A stretch of 64,000 nt of DNA. It comes from Eledone cirrhosa (Eukaryota). The stretch lies in the NCBI GenBank assembly GCA_964016885.1, contig OZ024748.1:45012001-45076000 (forward strand), read 5' to 3'. Below the pieces are notes generated by a model. It was not told the origin of the DNA, made no database searches, and saw nothing but the letters and a program-made list of their open reading frames with translations. Positions 52,825-64,000 of the stretch are shown here, in pieces (position 1 is the stretch's first letter; the number at the start of each line of letters is the position of its first letter). The translations under genes and the position numbers were made by a program.

Positions 52825-52883
52825 CTATTTCTCTCTCTCTCACTCTCTCTCACTCTCTCTCTCTATCTCTTTCTCTCTCTCTC

Positions 52884-52914
<31 letters not shown>

Positions 52915-52930
52915 ACATATATATTTTTTA

Positions 52931-52970
<40 letters not shown>

Positions 52971-53197
52971 CTACTTGCTGTATATGATTTAGTAGGGACA
53001 TAATTGGAGTACTCAATACCCTAAGTGTAGAGTAAACAATGGAAATATTATACTGTGGCCAAACAGCAGATTAGATAGGTCGTGGTCTGATAGATTACTG
53101 GAAGGTCGATAGTACTATATATTCCTTCGATTGCTGGACTAGTAACCCAGATATGAAACTAATCTAGTAGGAAAATTGCCTTAATTTATTTATTGAG

Positions 53198-53243
<46 letters not shown>

Positions 53244-53495
53244 GCACACATAATTATCGATAAATAAATAAATATATATATATATATATAATATTTTTAG
53301 GAATAACCAAGGAGTGCTTAGAAATACATTGTTTTAGTAGCTCTAACAGTGTTTCATCCATACCTTATGGCAGGAATCATCAGAGCCTATAAATAACGGC
53401 TCTGTAGTATACTAGTTATCCTACATTGATCTAAAACCACACTGTCATACCAAGGGCAATATATCTGCGTGTCTGGGCACATTGTTATACTTGTC

Positions 53496-53549
<54 letters not shown>

Positions 53550-53626
53550 ATATATGTATATATAAATATACATACATACACACACACATAATTATATATA
53601 TATACATACATACCTACATACACACA

Positions 53627-53685
<59 letters not shown>

Positions 53686-53891
53686 TTGTTTGTGCTTCTG
53701 TTTGTGCTTGTGCGTGTATATGTATGTATATTTATATATATTTGTCACACATAGTTAGACGTATGCATCCATATATTGTGACAATACACACACAATGTCA
53801 TACAAATACACACACACGCGCACATACTCACAGACACACACACACACACTCATATATATATATATATATATGACAGACAGACAGACAGATG

Positions 53892-53922
<31 letters not shown>

Positions 53923-53960
53923 TCCGACAGACAGATGGATAGACAGAAAGACAGACAGAC

Positions 53961-54004
<44 letters not shown>

Positions 54005-54125
54005 TGACAGACAGACAGACTGACAGACAGCTCTATTAATTGTCTAAGTTAGGTCAAAGTTGAAAATCATATCCTTTTCAAAATGAACATTATCTAGATT
54101 TATTATATTGGAAATTGGTAGTTTG

Positions 54126-54127
<2 letters not shown>

Positions 54128-54192
<65 letters not shown>

Positions 54193-54749
54193 TGTGTGTG
54201 GAGTGTGTGTGTGTGTGTATGTGTGTGTGTGTGTTTGTGTTTATCTGTGCATGTGTGTCTGGTGGTATGACTGTGTGTATATGTGGAGTGTGTGTGTGAG
54301 TGTATGTGTGTGTGTGTGTTTGTGTTTATCTGTGCATGTGTGTCTGGCGGTATGACTGTGTGTATATGTGGAGTGTGTGTGTGAGTGTATGTGTGTGTGT
54401 GTGTTTATCTGTGCATGTGTGTCTGGCGGTATGACTGTGTGTATATGTGGAGTGTGTGTGTGAGTGTGTGTGTGTGTGTGTTTGTGTTTATCTGTGCATG
54501 TGTGTTTGGCGGTATGACTGTGTGTATATGTGGAGTGTGTGTGTGTGTGTGTGTGCGTGTGTGTGTGTGTGCGTGTGTGTGTGTGTGTGTGTTTATCTGT
54601 GCATGTGTGTCTGGCGGTATGACTGTGTGTATATGTGGAGTGTGTGTGCGTGTGTGTGTATGTGGAGTGTGTGTGTGTGTGTGCGTGTGTGTGTGTGTTT
54701 GTGTTTATCTGTGCATGGGTGTCTGGCGGTATGACTGTGTGTATATGTG

Positions 54750-54786
<37 letters not shown>

Positions 54787-55582
54787 GAGTGTGTGTGTGT
54801 GTGTGCGTGTGTGTGTGTGTTTGTGTTTATCTGTGCATGTGTGTCTGGCGGTATGACTGTGTGTATATGTGGAGTGTGTGTGTGTGTGTGTGTATGTATG
54901 TGTGTATGTGTGTGTTTATCTCCGCACGTGTGTTTGGCGGTATGACTGTGTATATGTGGAGTGTGTGTGTGTGTATGTATGTGTGTATGTGTGTGTGTGT
55001 GTGTTTATCTGTGTATGTGTGTCTGGCAGTATGACTGTGTGTATGTCTTGGTGTATGAGTGGAGTGTGTGTGTGTGTGTATGTGTGTGTATCTTTGTGTG
55101 TCTGTATATTTTTGTATGTGTTTTTGCATATATATATATATATGCGTATGTGTATGTGTGTGTGTGTGGAGAGTGTGTGTGGAGGGTGTGTGTGTGTGGA
55201 GGGTGTGGAGTGTGTGTGTGTGGATGTGTGTGTGTATGTGGACGGTGTGTCGGAGGGTGTGTGTATGTGGAGAGTGTGTATGTGGATGTGTGTGTATGGA
55301 GGGTGTGTGTGTGGAGGGTGTGTATGTGGATGTGTGTGTATGCGGAGGGTGTGTGTGTGTGGAGGGTGTGTATGTGGATGTGTGTGTATGGAGGGTGTGT
55401 GTGTGGAGGGTGTGTATGTGGATGTGTGTGTATGCGGAGGGTGTGTGTGTGGAGGGCGTGTGTGTGGAGGGTGTGTATGTGGAGGGTGTGTATATGGAGG
55501 GTGTGTGTGTGTGGAGCGTGTGTGTGTGTGGAGGGTGTGTATGTGGATGTGTGTGTATGTGGAGGGTGTGTTTGGAGGGGGT
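54128..55582. repeat. GT-rich minisatellites
   Basis: About ten copies of GTTTATCTGTGCATGTGTGTCTGGCGGTATGACTGTGTGTATATGTGGA with variable (GT)n, then GTGGAGGGTGTGT repeats. Confidence 0.92.
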
Positions 55583-55883
55583 GCAGTAGTGATCGATAGA
55601 ATGGTATCGAACCATTTCAGAAGAACCATATTCAAAAGTTACCAAAACATCACAAACACATTCTACACACCCTAGACATTCTATACACGCTATACACACT
55701 ATACACACTATACACACAGCATTATACACTGTGTGTAGTCTATAACCTCATTAATTTACTCACTACCAGCGTTCATTTCAAATTATTAATTACTTCTTAA
55801 TGACTCTTTTCACCACCTACAAAGTATTTGATGTTGTTGTAGTAGTTATTGTCATGCCTTTATGAGTGTATATATATATATAT

Positions 55884-55966
<83 letters not shown>

Positions 55967-56110
55967 TATAAGTTTATAAATGCATGTGTGTGTATATATA
56001 TGTATGTATACGCATATGTTTATGTGTGTATACACACACGCACACACACACACACACACACATAATATATATATATGTGTATATCAAAAATCTCGCAAAA
56101 CAAATATATG

Positions 56111-56142
<32 letters not shown>

Positions 56143-56199
56143 GATAGATAGATATATATATACATACATATATATATATATACATACATATATATATAT

Positions 56200-56282
<83 letters not shown>

Positions 56283-56307
56283 CGTATATGTATATATATA
56301 TCTATAT

Positions 56308-56376
<69 letters not shown>

Positions 56377-56467
56377 CACACACACACACATATATGCTGT
56401 TTTTGTTTGAAAATTTCTCGATTGTTTTGCGACTGGAATACGGTGGAAGATTCCTTTGTAAATGTAG

Positions 56468-57815
56468 AATTGTGGTGGTAGTTGTAGTGGTGGTCATGTT
56501 AGGAGAGCCTGTGGTAATTGTGGTGGTAGTTGTAGTGGTGGTCATGTTAGGAGAGCCTGTGGTAATTGTGGTGGTAGTTGTAGTGGTGGTCATGTTAGGA
56601 GAGCCTGTGGTAATTGTGGTGGTAGTTGTAGTGGTGGTCATGTTAGGAGAGCCTGTGGTAATTGTGGTGGTAGTTGTAGTGGTGGTCATGTTAGGAGAGC
56701 CTGTGGTAATTGTGGTGGTAGTTGTAGTGGTGGTCATGTTAGGAGGGCCTGTGGTAATTGTGGTGGTAGTTGTAGTGGTGGTCATGTTAGGAGAGCCTGT
56801 GGTAATTGTGGTGGTAGTTGTAGTGGTGGTCATGTTAGGAGAGCCTGTGGTAATTGTGGTGGTAGTTGTAGTGGTGGTCATGTTAGGAGAGCCTGTGGTA
56901 ATTGTGGTGGTAGTTGTAGTGGTGGTCATGTTAGGAGAGCCTGTGGTAATTGTGGTGGTAGTTGTAGTGGTGGTCATGTTAGGAGAGCCTGTGGTAATTG
57001 TGGTGGTAGTTGTAGTGGTGGTCATGTTAGGAGAGCCTGTGGTAATTGTGGTGGTAGTTGTAGTGGTGGTCATGTTAGGAGAGCCTGTGGTAATTGTGGT
57101 GGTAGTTGTAGTGGTGGTCATGTTAGGAGAGCCTGTGGTAATTGTGGTGGTAGTTGTAGTGGTGGTCATGTTAGGAGAGCCTGTGGTAATTGTGGTGGTA
57201 GTTGTAGTGGTGGTCATGTTAGGAGAGCCTGTGGTAATTGTGGTGGTAGTTGTAGTGGTGGTCATGTTAGGAGAGCCTGTGGTAATTGTGGTGGTAGTTG
57301 TAGTGGTGGTCATGTTAGGAGAGCCTGTGGTAATTGTGGTGGTAGTTGTAGTGGTGGTCATGTTAGGAGAGCCTGTGGTAATTGTGGTGGTAGTTGTAGT
57401 GGTGGTCATGTTAGGAGAGCCTGTGGTAATTGTGGTGGTAGTTGTAGTGGTGGTCATGTTAGGAGAGCCTGTGGTAATTGTGGTGGTAGTTGTAGTGGTG
57501 GTCATGTTAGGAGAGCCTGTGGTAATTGTGGTGGTAGTTGTAGTGGTGGTCATGTTAGGAGAGCCTGTGGTAATTGTGGTGGTAGTTGTAGTGGTGGTCA
57601 TGTTAGGAGAGCCTGTGGTAATTGTGGTGGTAGTTGTAGTGGTGGTCATGTTAGGAGAGCCTGTGGTAATTGTGGTGGTAGTTGTAGTGGTGGTCATGTT
57701 AGGAGAGCCTGTGGTAATTGTGGTGGTAGTTGTAGTGGTAGTCATGTTAGGAGAGCCTGTGGTAATTGTGGTGGTAGTTGTAGTGGTGGTCATGTTAGGA
57801 GAGCCTGTGGTAGTT
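56468..57815. repeat. 48-bp near-perfect tandem repeat, about 28 copies
   Basis: Unit AATTGTGGTGGTAGTTGTAGTGGTGGTCATGTTAGGAGAGCCTGTGGT. Confidence 0.97.
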
Positions 57816-57849
57816 GTGGTGTCTATAAGTGTCTAGGGATTATGATATC

Positions 57850-59990
57850 AGTAGTAGTGGTGGTAGTGCTGTTGATGGCACACAATGGTAGTAGAAGTAG
57901 TGGTGCTATTGGTAGTGGTAGTGGTGGTATTGATAGTAGTGTTAGTAGTGGTAGTAGTGGTATTGATAGTAGTGGTAGTAGTGGTAGTAGTGGTATTGAT
58001 AGTATTGGTATTGGTGGTAGTAGTGGTAGTAGTGGTAGTAGTGGTATTGATAGTAGTGGTAGTAGTGGTAGTAGTGGTATTGATAGTAGTGGTAGTAGTG
58101 GTAGTAGTGGTATTGATAGTATTGGTATTGGTGGTAGTAGTGGTAGTAGTGGTAGTAGTGGTATTGATAGTAGTGGTAGTAGTGGTAGTAGTGATATTGA
58201 TAGTAGTGGTAGTAGTGGTAGTAGTGGTATTGATAGTATTGGTATTGGTGGTAGTAGTGGTAGTAGTGGTAGTAGTGGTATTGATAGTAGTGGTAGTAGT
58301 GGTAGTAGTGATATTGATAGTAGTGGTAGTAGTGGTAGTAGTGGTATTGATAGTATTGGTATTGGTGGTAGTAGTGGTAGTAGTGGTAGTAGTGGTATTG
58401 ATAGTAGTGGTAGTAGTGGTAGTAGTGATATTGATAGTAGTGGTAGTAGTGGTAGTAGTGGTATTGATAGTATTGGTATTGGTGGTAGTAGTGGTAGTAG
58501 TGGTATTGATAGTAGTGGTAGTAGTGATAGTAGTGGTATTGGTGGTAGTAGTGTTAGTAGTGGTAGTAGTGGTATTGATAGTATTGGTAGTAGTGATAGT
58601 AGTGGTAGTAGTGGTATTGATAGTAGTGGTAGTAGTGGTAGTAGTGGTATTGATAGTAGTGGTAGTAGTGGTAGTAGTGGTAGTAGTGGTATTGATAGTA
58701 GTGGTAGTAGTGGTAGTAGTGGTATTGATAGTAGTGGTAGTAGTGGTAGTAGTGGTATTGATAGTAGTGGTAGTAGTGATAGTAGTGGTATTGATAGTAG
58801 TGGTAGTAGTGGTAGTAGTGGTATTGATAGTAGTGGTAGTAGTGGTAGTAGTGGTATTGATAGTAGTGGTAGTAGTGGTAGTAGTGGTAGTAGTGGTACT
58901 AGTGGTAATAGTGGTATAAGTGGTAGTAGTGGTAGTAGTGGCAGTTGTTGTAGTATTGGTAGTAGTGGCATTAGTGGTAGTATTGGTAGTAGTGGCAGTA
59001 GTGGTAGTAGTGGCAGTAGTGGTAGTAGTGGCATTAGTGGTAGTAGTGGTAGTAGTGGCAGTAGTGGTAGTAGTGGCATTAGTGGTAGTATTGGTAGTAG
59101 TGGCAGTAGTGGTAGTAGTGGTAGTAGTGGCATTAGTGGTAGTAGTGGCAGTAGTGGTAGTAGTGGCAGTAGTGGTAGTAGTGGCATTAGTGGTAGTAGT
59201 GGTAGTAGTGGCAGTAGTGGTAGTAGTGGCATTAGTGGTAGTATTGGTAGTAGTGGCAGTAGTGGTAGTAGTGGCAGTAGTGGTAGTAGTGGCATTAGTG
59301 GTAGTATTGGTAGTAGTGGCAGTAGTGGTAGTAGTGGCATTAGTGGTAGTAGTGGTAGTAGTGGCAGTAGTGGTAGTAGTGGCATTAGTGGTAGTATTGG
59401 TAGTAGTGGCAGTAGTGGTAGTATTGGTAGTAGTGGCAGTAGTGGTAGTAGTGGCATTAGTGGTAGTAGTGGTAGTAGTGGCAGTAGTAGTAGTAGTGGC
59501 ATTAGTGGTAGTAGTGGTAGTAGTGGCAGTAGTAGTAGTAGTGGCATTAGTGGTAGTAGTGGTAGTAGCGGTAAATTGTAGCAGTGCTGCTGGTAGAGGT
59601 GGTATTGGTGACAGTATTATAAATAGCAGCAACGGTTGTTGTTGTTGTTGTAGTTGGTGGTAGTAACTAAGGAGATGGTGGTGGTGGTGTTTGTGGTGGT
59701 GGTGGTGTTGGTAGTAACTAACGAGATGGTGGCGGTGGTGGTGTTGGTGGTAAATAACGAGATGGTGGTGGTGGTGGTTGTTTTGTTGGTGGTGGTGGTG
59801 GTGTTGGTGGTGTTGGTAGTGTTTGTGGTGGTGGTGATGTTGGTGGTGTTGGTGGTGTTGGTGGTGGTGTTGTTGGTGGTGATGGTGGTGGTGTTGTTGG
59901 TGGTGATGGTGGTGGTGTTGTTGGTGGTGATGGTGGTAACTAAGGAGATGGTGGTGGTGGTGGTGATGTTGGTGGTTGTGGTGGTGGGGA
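57850..59990. repeat. (AGT/GGT)n-derived hierarchical low-complexity array
   Basis: Direct inspection. Confidence 0.95.
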
Positions 59991-60960
59991 CTGGCAGACA
60001 TAAAACCTTAAACCAATATCAAATATGAATGATAAAAACCCCCGAAAATGTCCCACGTCCTTCACAACCCTCTCTTCCGCCCCCCCCCCCCTCCAGCACA
60101 AACAAACAAAAACTAAACAGTAAAAGAACTATTAAAATGAGATTTAATAGAAAAACACCAACAACAACAACAACCACAAGAACAAAAACAACACCAACAA
60201 CCACAACAACAACCACACAGAAGCAGTTACAGTAACCATAACAACAGCAGCAACAGCACCACCACTACCACCACCACCACTACAACAACAACAACAACAA
60301 GAACAACAACAACAGACATAACAACAGCTACAACAACAACAATAACTGCTATTACCACCAAAAACCACAATCATAACACAACAACAACAACAACAACCAC
60401 CATCACCGCCGCCACCACCAACACCACCGCCGCCGCCACCACCAACACCACCACCAACAACAACAAACCACCAACACCACCACCAACAACAACAAACCAC
60501 CAACACCACCACCAACAACAACAACAACAAACCACCAACACCACCACAACAACAACAACAACAAAGCACCAACAACACCACCACAACAACAACAACAACA
60601 AAGCACCAACAACACCACCACCAACAACAACAACAAACCACCAACAACACCAAAACCAATCACACAAGCAACACTTTACCAATAACTTAATCAATCGATC
60701 AGAGAGGTTCAATTAAAATATAACGACCTAATTTCAATTGGAATCAAATTAAATGAGATATTGCTAGATCGATGATATTGTATATTGATGTTGTTATCTG
60801 GTAGCTTATTTTATTTGGAGGTGATGGTGGTAGGTGTTATATAGGGAGTTTAATAGAGTTCTTGTTGTTATTTTAGCCCTAGGTCAGCTTCCATTGAGTA
60901 GATCGATGATCAGAATCGCCGGATAAAAGCAACTACGAGTGTCGACTGAAAATTTCATAT

Positions 60961-61685
60961 GCTGACGAAGATACTCTCATGGAATGAGCAAATATAGTAT
61001 ATTTTTTAATATATTCCCTGGAAAGAAACAATGCAGTTATTAACAAAAAGAGTTGAAATTAATGCATGCAAGATATCACAGCTCTAGCATCACTTCTTAA
61101 TAGGCTGACAAAGATACTCTCATGGAATGACCAAATGTGGTTTATTTTTTAATATATTCCCTGGAAAGAAACAATGCAGTTATTAACAAAAAGAGTTGAA
61201 ATTAATGCATGCAAGATTTTACAGCTCTAGCATCACTCCTTAATAGGCTGACAAAGATACTCTCATGGAATGAGCAAATATGGTATATTTTTTAATATAT
61301 TCCCTGGAAAGAAACAATGCAGTTATTAACAAAAAGAGGTGAAATTAATGCATGCAAGATATCACAGCTCTAGCATCACTTCTTAATAGGCTGACGAAGA
61401 TACTCTCATGGAATGAGCAAATATAGTATATTTTTTAATATATTCCCTGGAAAGAAACAATGCAGTTATTAACAAAAAGAGTTGAAATTAATGCATGCAA
61501 GATATCACAGCTCTAGCATCACTCCTTAATAGGCTGACAAAGATACTCTCATGAAATGACCAAATGTGGTTTATTTTTTAATATATTCCCTGGAAAGAAA
61601 CAATACAGTTATTAATAAGAAGAGTTGAAATTAATGCATGCAAGATTTAGCAGCTCTAGCACCACTCCTTCATAGTCAGCCGACC
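60961..61685. repeat. 143-bp tandem repeat, 5 copies
   Basis: GCTGAC at 60961, 61104, 61247, 61390, 61533. Confidence 0.95.
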
Positions 61686-62074
61686 CCCGTAGATTCCTTG
61701 GACTAGAGAAGATTTGGAGCCCCAAGATTTTGTTCGCAAGAAACTTTGTGAAGGGAGGCCTACGCATAAAATCACGTGAAGATTTCAGCATCAGCACATA
61801 CCGGCTTATGAAACAAAGGTCACAAAACCCTAAAAAAAAAAGACATCAACATATGCCCCCTATGAAACAGAGTTAACCCCCCCCCACACACACACACACA
61901 CAAAAATAGACATCAACATATGCCGATCTATGAAACAAAGCTGACTCGCCCCGCAAAACAATATATATATATAGAGAGAGGTAGAACACTGGAAGGTAAT
62001 ATCCGTAGTGGTAGAGCACTCAGTCCATGGGACGAGTTAGGTAGAAGTAGTAACACAACAGTTAGTTCACCATA

Positions 62075-62114
62075 CCGAGGACAATCGTTTCACCTTATAC
62101 GGATCTTCAGCTCG
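62075..62114 (-). ncRNA. Minimal type-I hammerhead ribozyme (GUC triplet)
   Basis: Reverse complement CGAG-CTGAAGA-TCCGTATAAGGT-GAAA-CGATT-GTC-CTCGG. Confidence 0.8.
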
Positions 62115-62121
62115 TATTGGT

Positions 62122-62162
62122 CCGAGCTGAAGATCCGCATAAGGTGAAACGATTGTTCTCGG
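62122..62162 (+). ncRNA. Minimal type-I hammerhead ribozyme (GUU triplet)
   Basis: CCGAG-CTGAAGA-TCCGCATAAGGT-GAAA-CGATT-GTT-CTCGG; third degenerate copy at 62677-62715. Confidence 0.78.
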
Positions 62163-62255
62163 TATGCTGAACTAACTGTTGTGTTACTACTTCTATATAT
62201 ATATATATATATATGAAAGACGTAAAATAAGAAAACTATAAAAATTAACTTACTT

Positions 62256-62296
<41 letters not shown>

Positions 62297-62365
62297 GAAC
62301 AAAAAAACAAAAAAAAACAAAATAAAAACAAAGGGGAGGCACAAAAACAAAGAAAAGAATCCCCA

Positions 62366-62408
62366 GTCACTGAAGAGGTCACAGAATGTGTGACGAAAGA
62401 GCTTTGAC
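62366..62408 (+). ncRNA. Hammerhead-like motif in solo PLE pseudo-LTR (62330-62620)
   Basis: GTCA-CTGAAGA-G-GTCACA(GAATG)TGTGAC-GAAA-GAG-CTT-TGAC; counterpart at 36528-36570 has CAGAAGA. Confidence 0.65.
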
Positions 62409-62618
62409 AATATATAAACAACCATCTGGTTGTGGAACCAACCAACCAACCGGAAATTTATAAATTACTAAATTTATAAATTTATTATAATAAATTGAAG
62501 TGAAGGCAACTGGTGCGTGTGTTTCTTATTGGCAACATGACCCTCCCAAAGTATAACAATATCGGTTTCAACACACGTTTTCAGATAAAGAATCTTGCTA
62601 AACAAATTCAGAAACTAA

Positions 62619-62667
<49 letters not shown>

Positions 62668-62779
62668 CAATAATTACGAGGTGAGTATCCGCTAAGGTGA
62701 AACAATTGTTCTCGGTATGGTGAACTAACTGTTGTGTAACCACTTCTACCTAACTCGTCCGATGGACTAATTGCTCTAC

Positions 62780-62854
<75 letters not shown>

Positions 62855-62894
62855 TTGAAATATTAACAAAATAGATATTCTTGTGATCAATTAA

Positions 62895-62959
62895 ATTTTA
62901 TTATACATATTTCAGAGGTACTGAATCAAGTTCTACAGTACGTCCTCATCAGATAAAAT
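62895..62959 (-). ncRNA. Minimal type-I hammerhead ribozyme
   Basis: Reverse complement ATTTTAT-CTGATGA-GGACGTACTG..CAGTACCTCT-GAAA-TATGT-ATA-ATAAAAT. Confidence 0.78.
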
Positions 62960-63669
62960 AAAATGATACATGACATACCCTGACATGTTAGATGGTTAAG
63001 ATTTAATCAAGGTAGTGATTAACTTATGAGAAAACTCAATATTTATACCCTAATATTGAGAACATGCGAAAACGTAATAGAATCAATAGAGAGAGTGTGA
63101 GTAAGAAAAACATTGCCTTAATGCAACAGTTATAGAGTTTTTTAAATTTGAAATACTACTATAGGACTATAGAGTAAGACGTATCTGGAGTTATAATTTA
63201 TTTAGTATTTAGCTTGAGAAGACAACTGACAGATAATTAAAGAGAGGGAGAGACAAAGGGGAGTAATTTATGCTCAAATTTTCTTTAGACACACATAAAC
63301 ATATATAGCTTTGGCGGTTAAATTTCAAAATATTTAATTTATGTTATTTTAGGGTAAAGAATCAAAATTTTAGATTTTAAAAGTTGATGGTTATTTGTAT
63401 TAATTTTATAATATAATTGTGTTAAATTTCTAAAATTCAAAGTTTTATGAAAACAAATTTAAAGGATTTACGACGCCCGCGGGAAAAAAAAAAAAAAAAA
63501 AAAAAAAATTGATCACAAGAATATCTATTTTGTTCATATTTGAATTAATATTAATAATTCTTGAAAATATCCGCTGTAGAGTGCTTCCAATCTACTGTAA
63601 ATCTCATTCTTTGATGTACTCATTGAATCTTGTTTAACTCTTTAATATATATATATATATATATATATA

Positions 63670-64000
<331 letters not shown>

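Noticed and set aside
54235-55050. Constant repeat with variable spacers
   Set aside because: Spacers are only (GT)n length variants; a minisatellite
56468-57815. CRISPR-like array
   Set aside because: No unique spacers, no cas genes, eukaryotic context
60961-61685. CTGACGA in the 143-bp tandem repeat as a retrozyme hammerhead
   Set aside because: Core present in only two of five units and no correctly placed GAAA, stem III or stem I pairing
62851-63550. MITE or DNA transposon with 40-bp terminal inverted repeats
   Set aside because: The arm is the 3' end of a hammerhead-bearing family also seen without the partner arm (20880); better explained as a PLE-type inversion

Overview
Gene-poor, AT-rich, microsatellite-saturated animal DNA. 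The SINE and repeat repertoire suggests an octopus or other coleoid cephalopod; this is inference. No host protein-coding gene can be supported, and most ORFs in the track are translations of microsatellites. The window contains: (1) an intact, full-length L1/Tx1-clade LINE (9321-15054) plus six truncated relatives, most of them associated with ATCT/GATA repeats; (2) three Penelope-like element (PLE) remnants with RT and/or GIY-YIG domains; (3) RTE-clade LINE fragments; (4) about ten copies of a tRNA-derived SINE; (5) several satellites. The most interesting signal is a dense set of minimal type-I hammerhead ribozyme motifs (about 10 with an intact core, about 10 degenerate or partial). They are carried by short non-coding tandem or inverted elements sitting in (TA)n tracts, and several truncation or inversion breakpoints fall at the predicted cleavage site or inside ribozyme hairpins. 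All folds and identities were assessed by eye.
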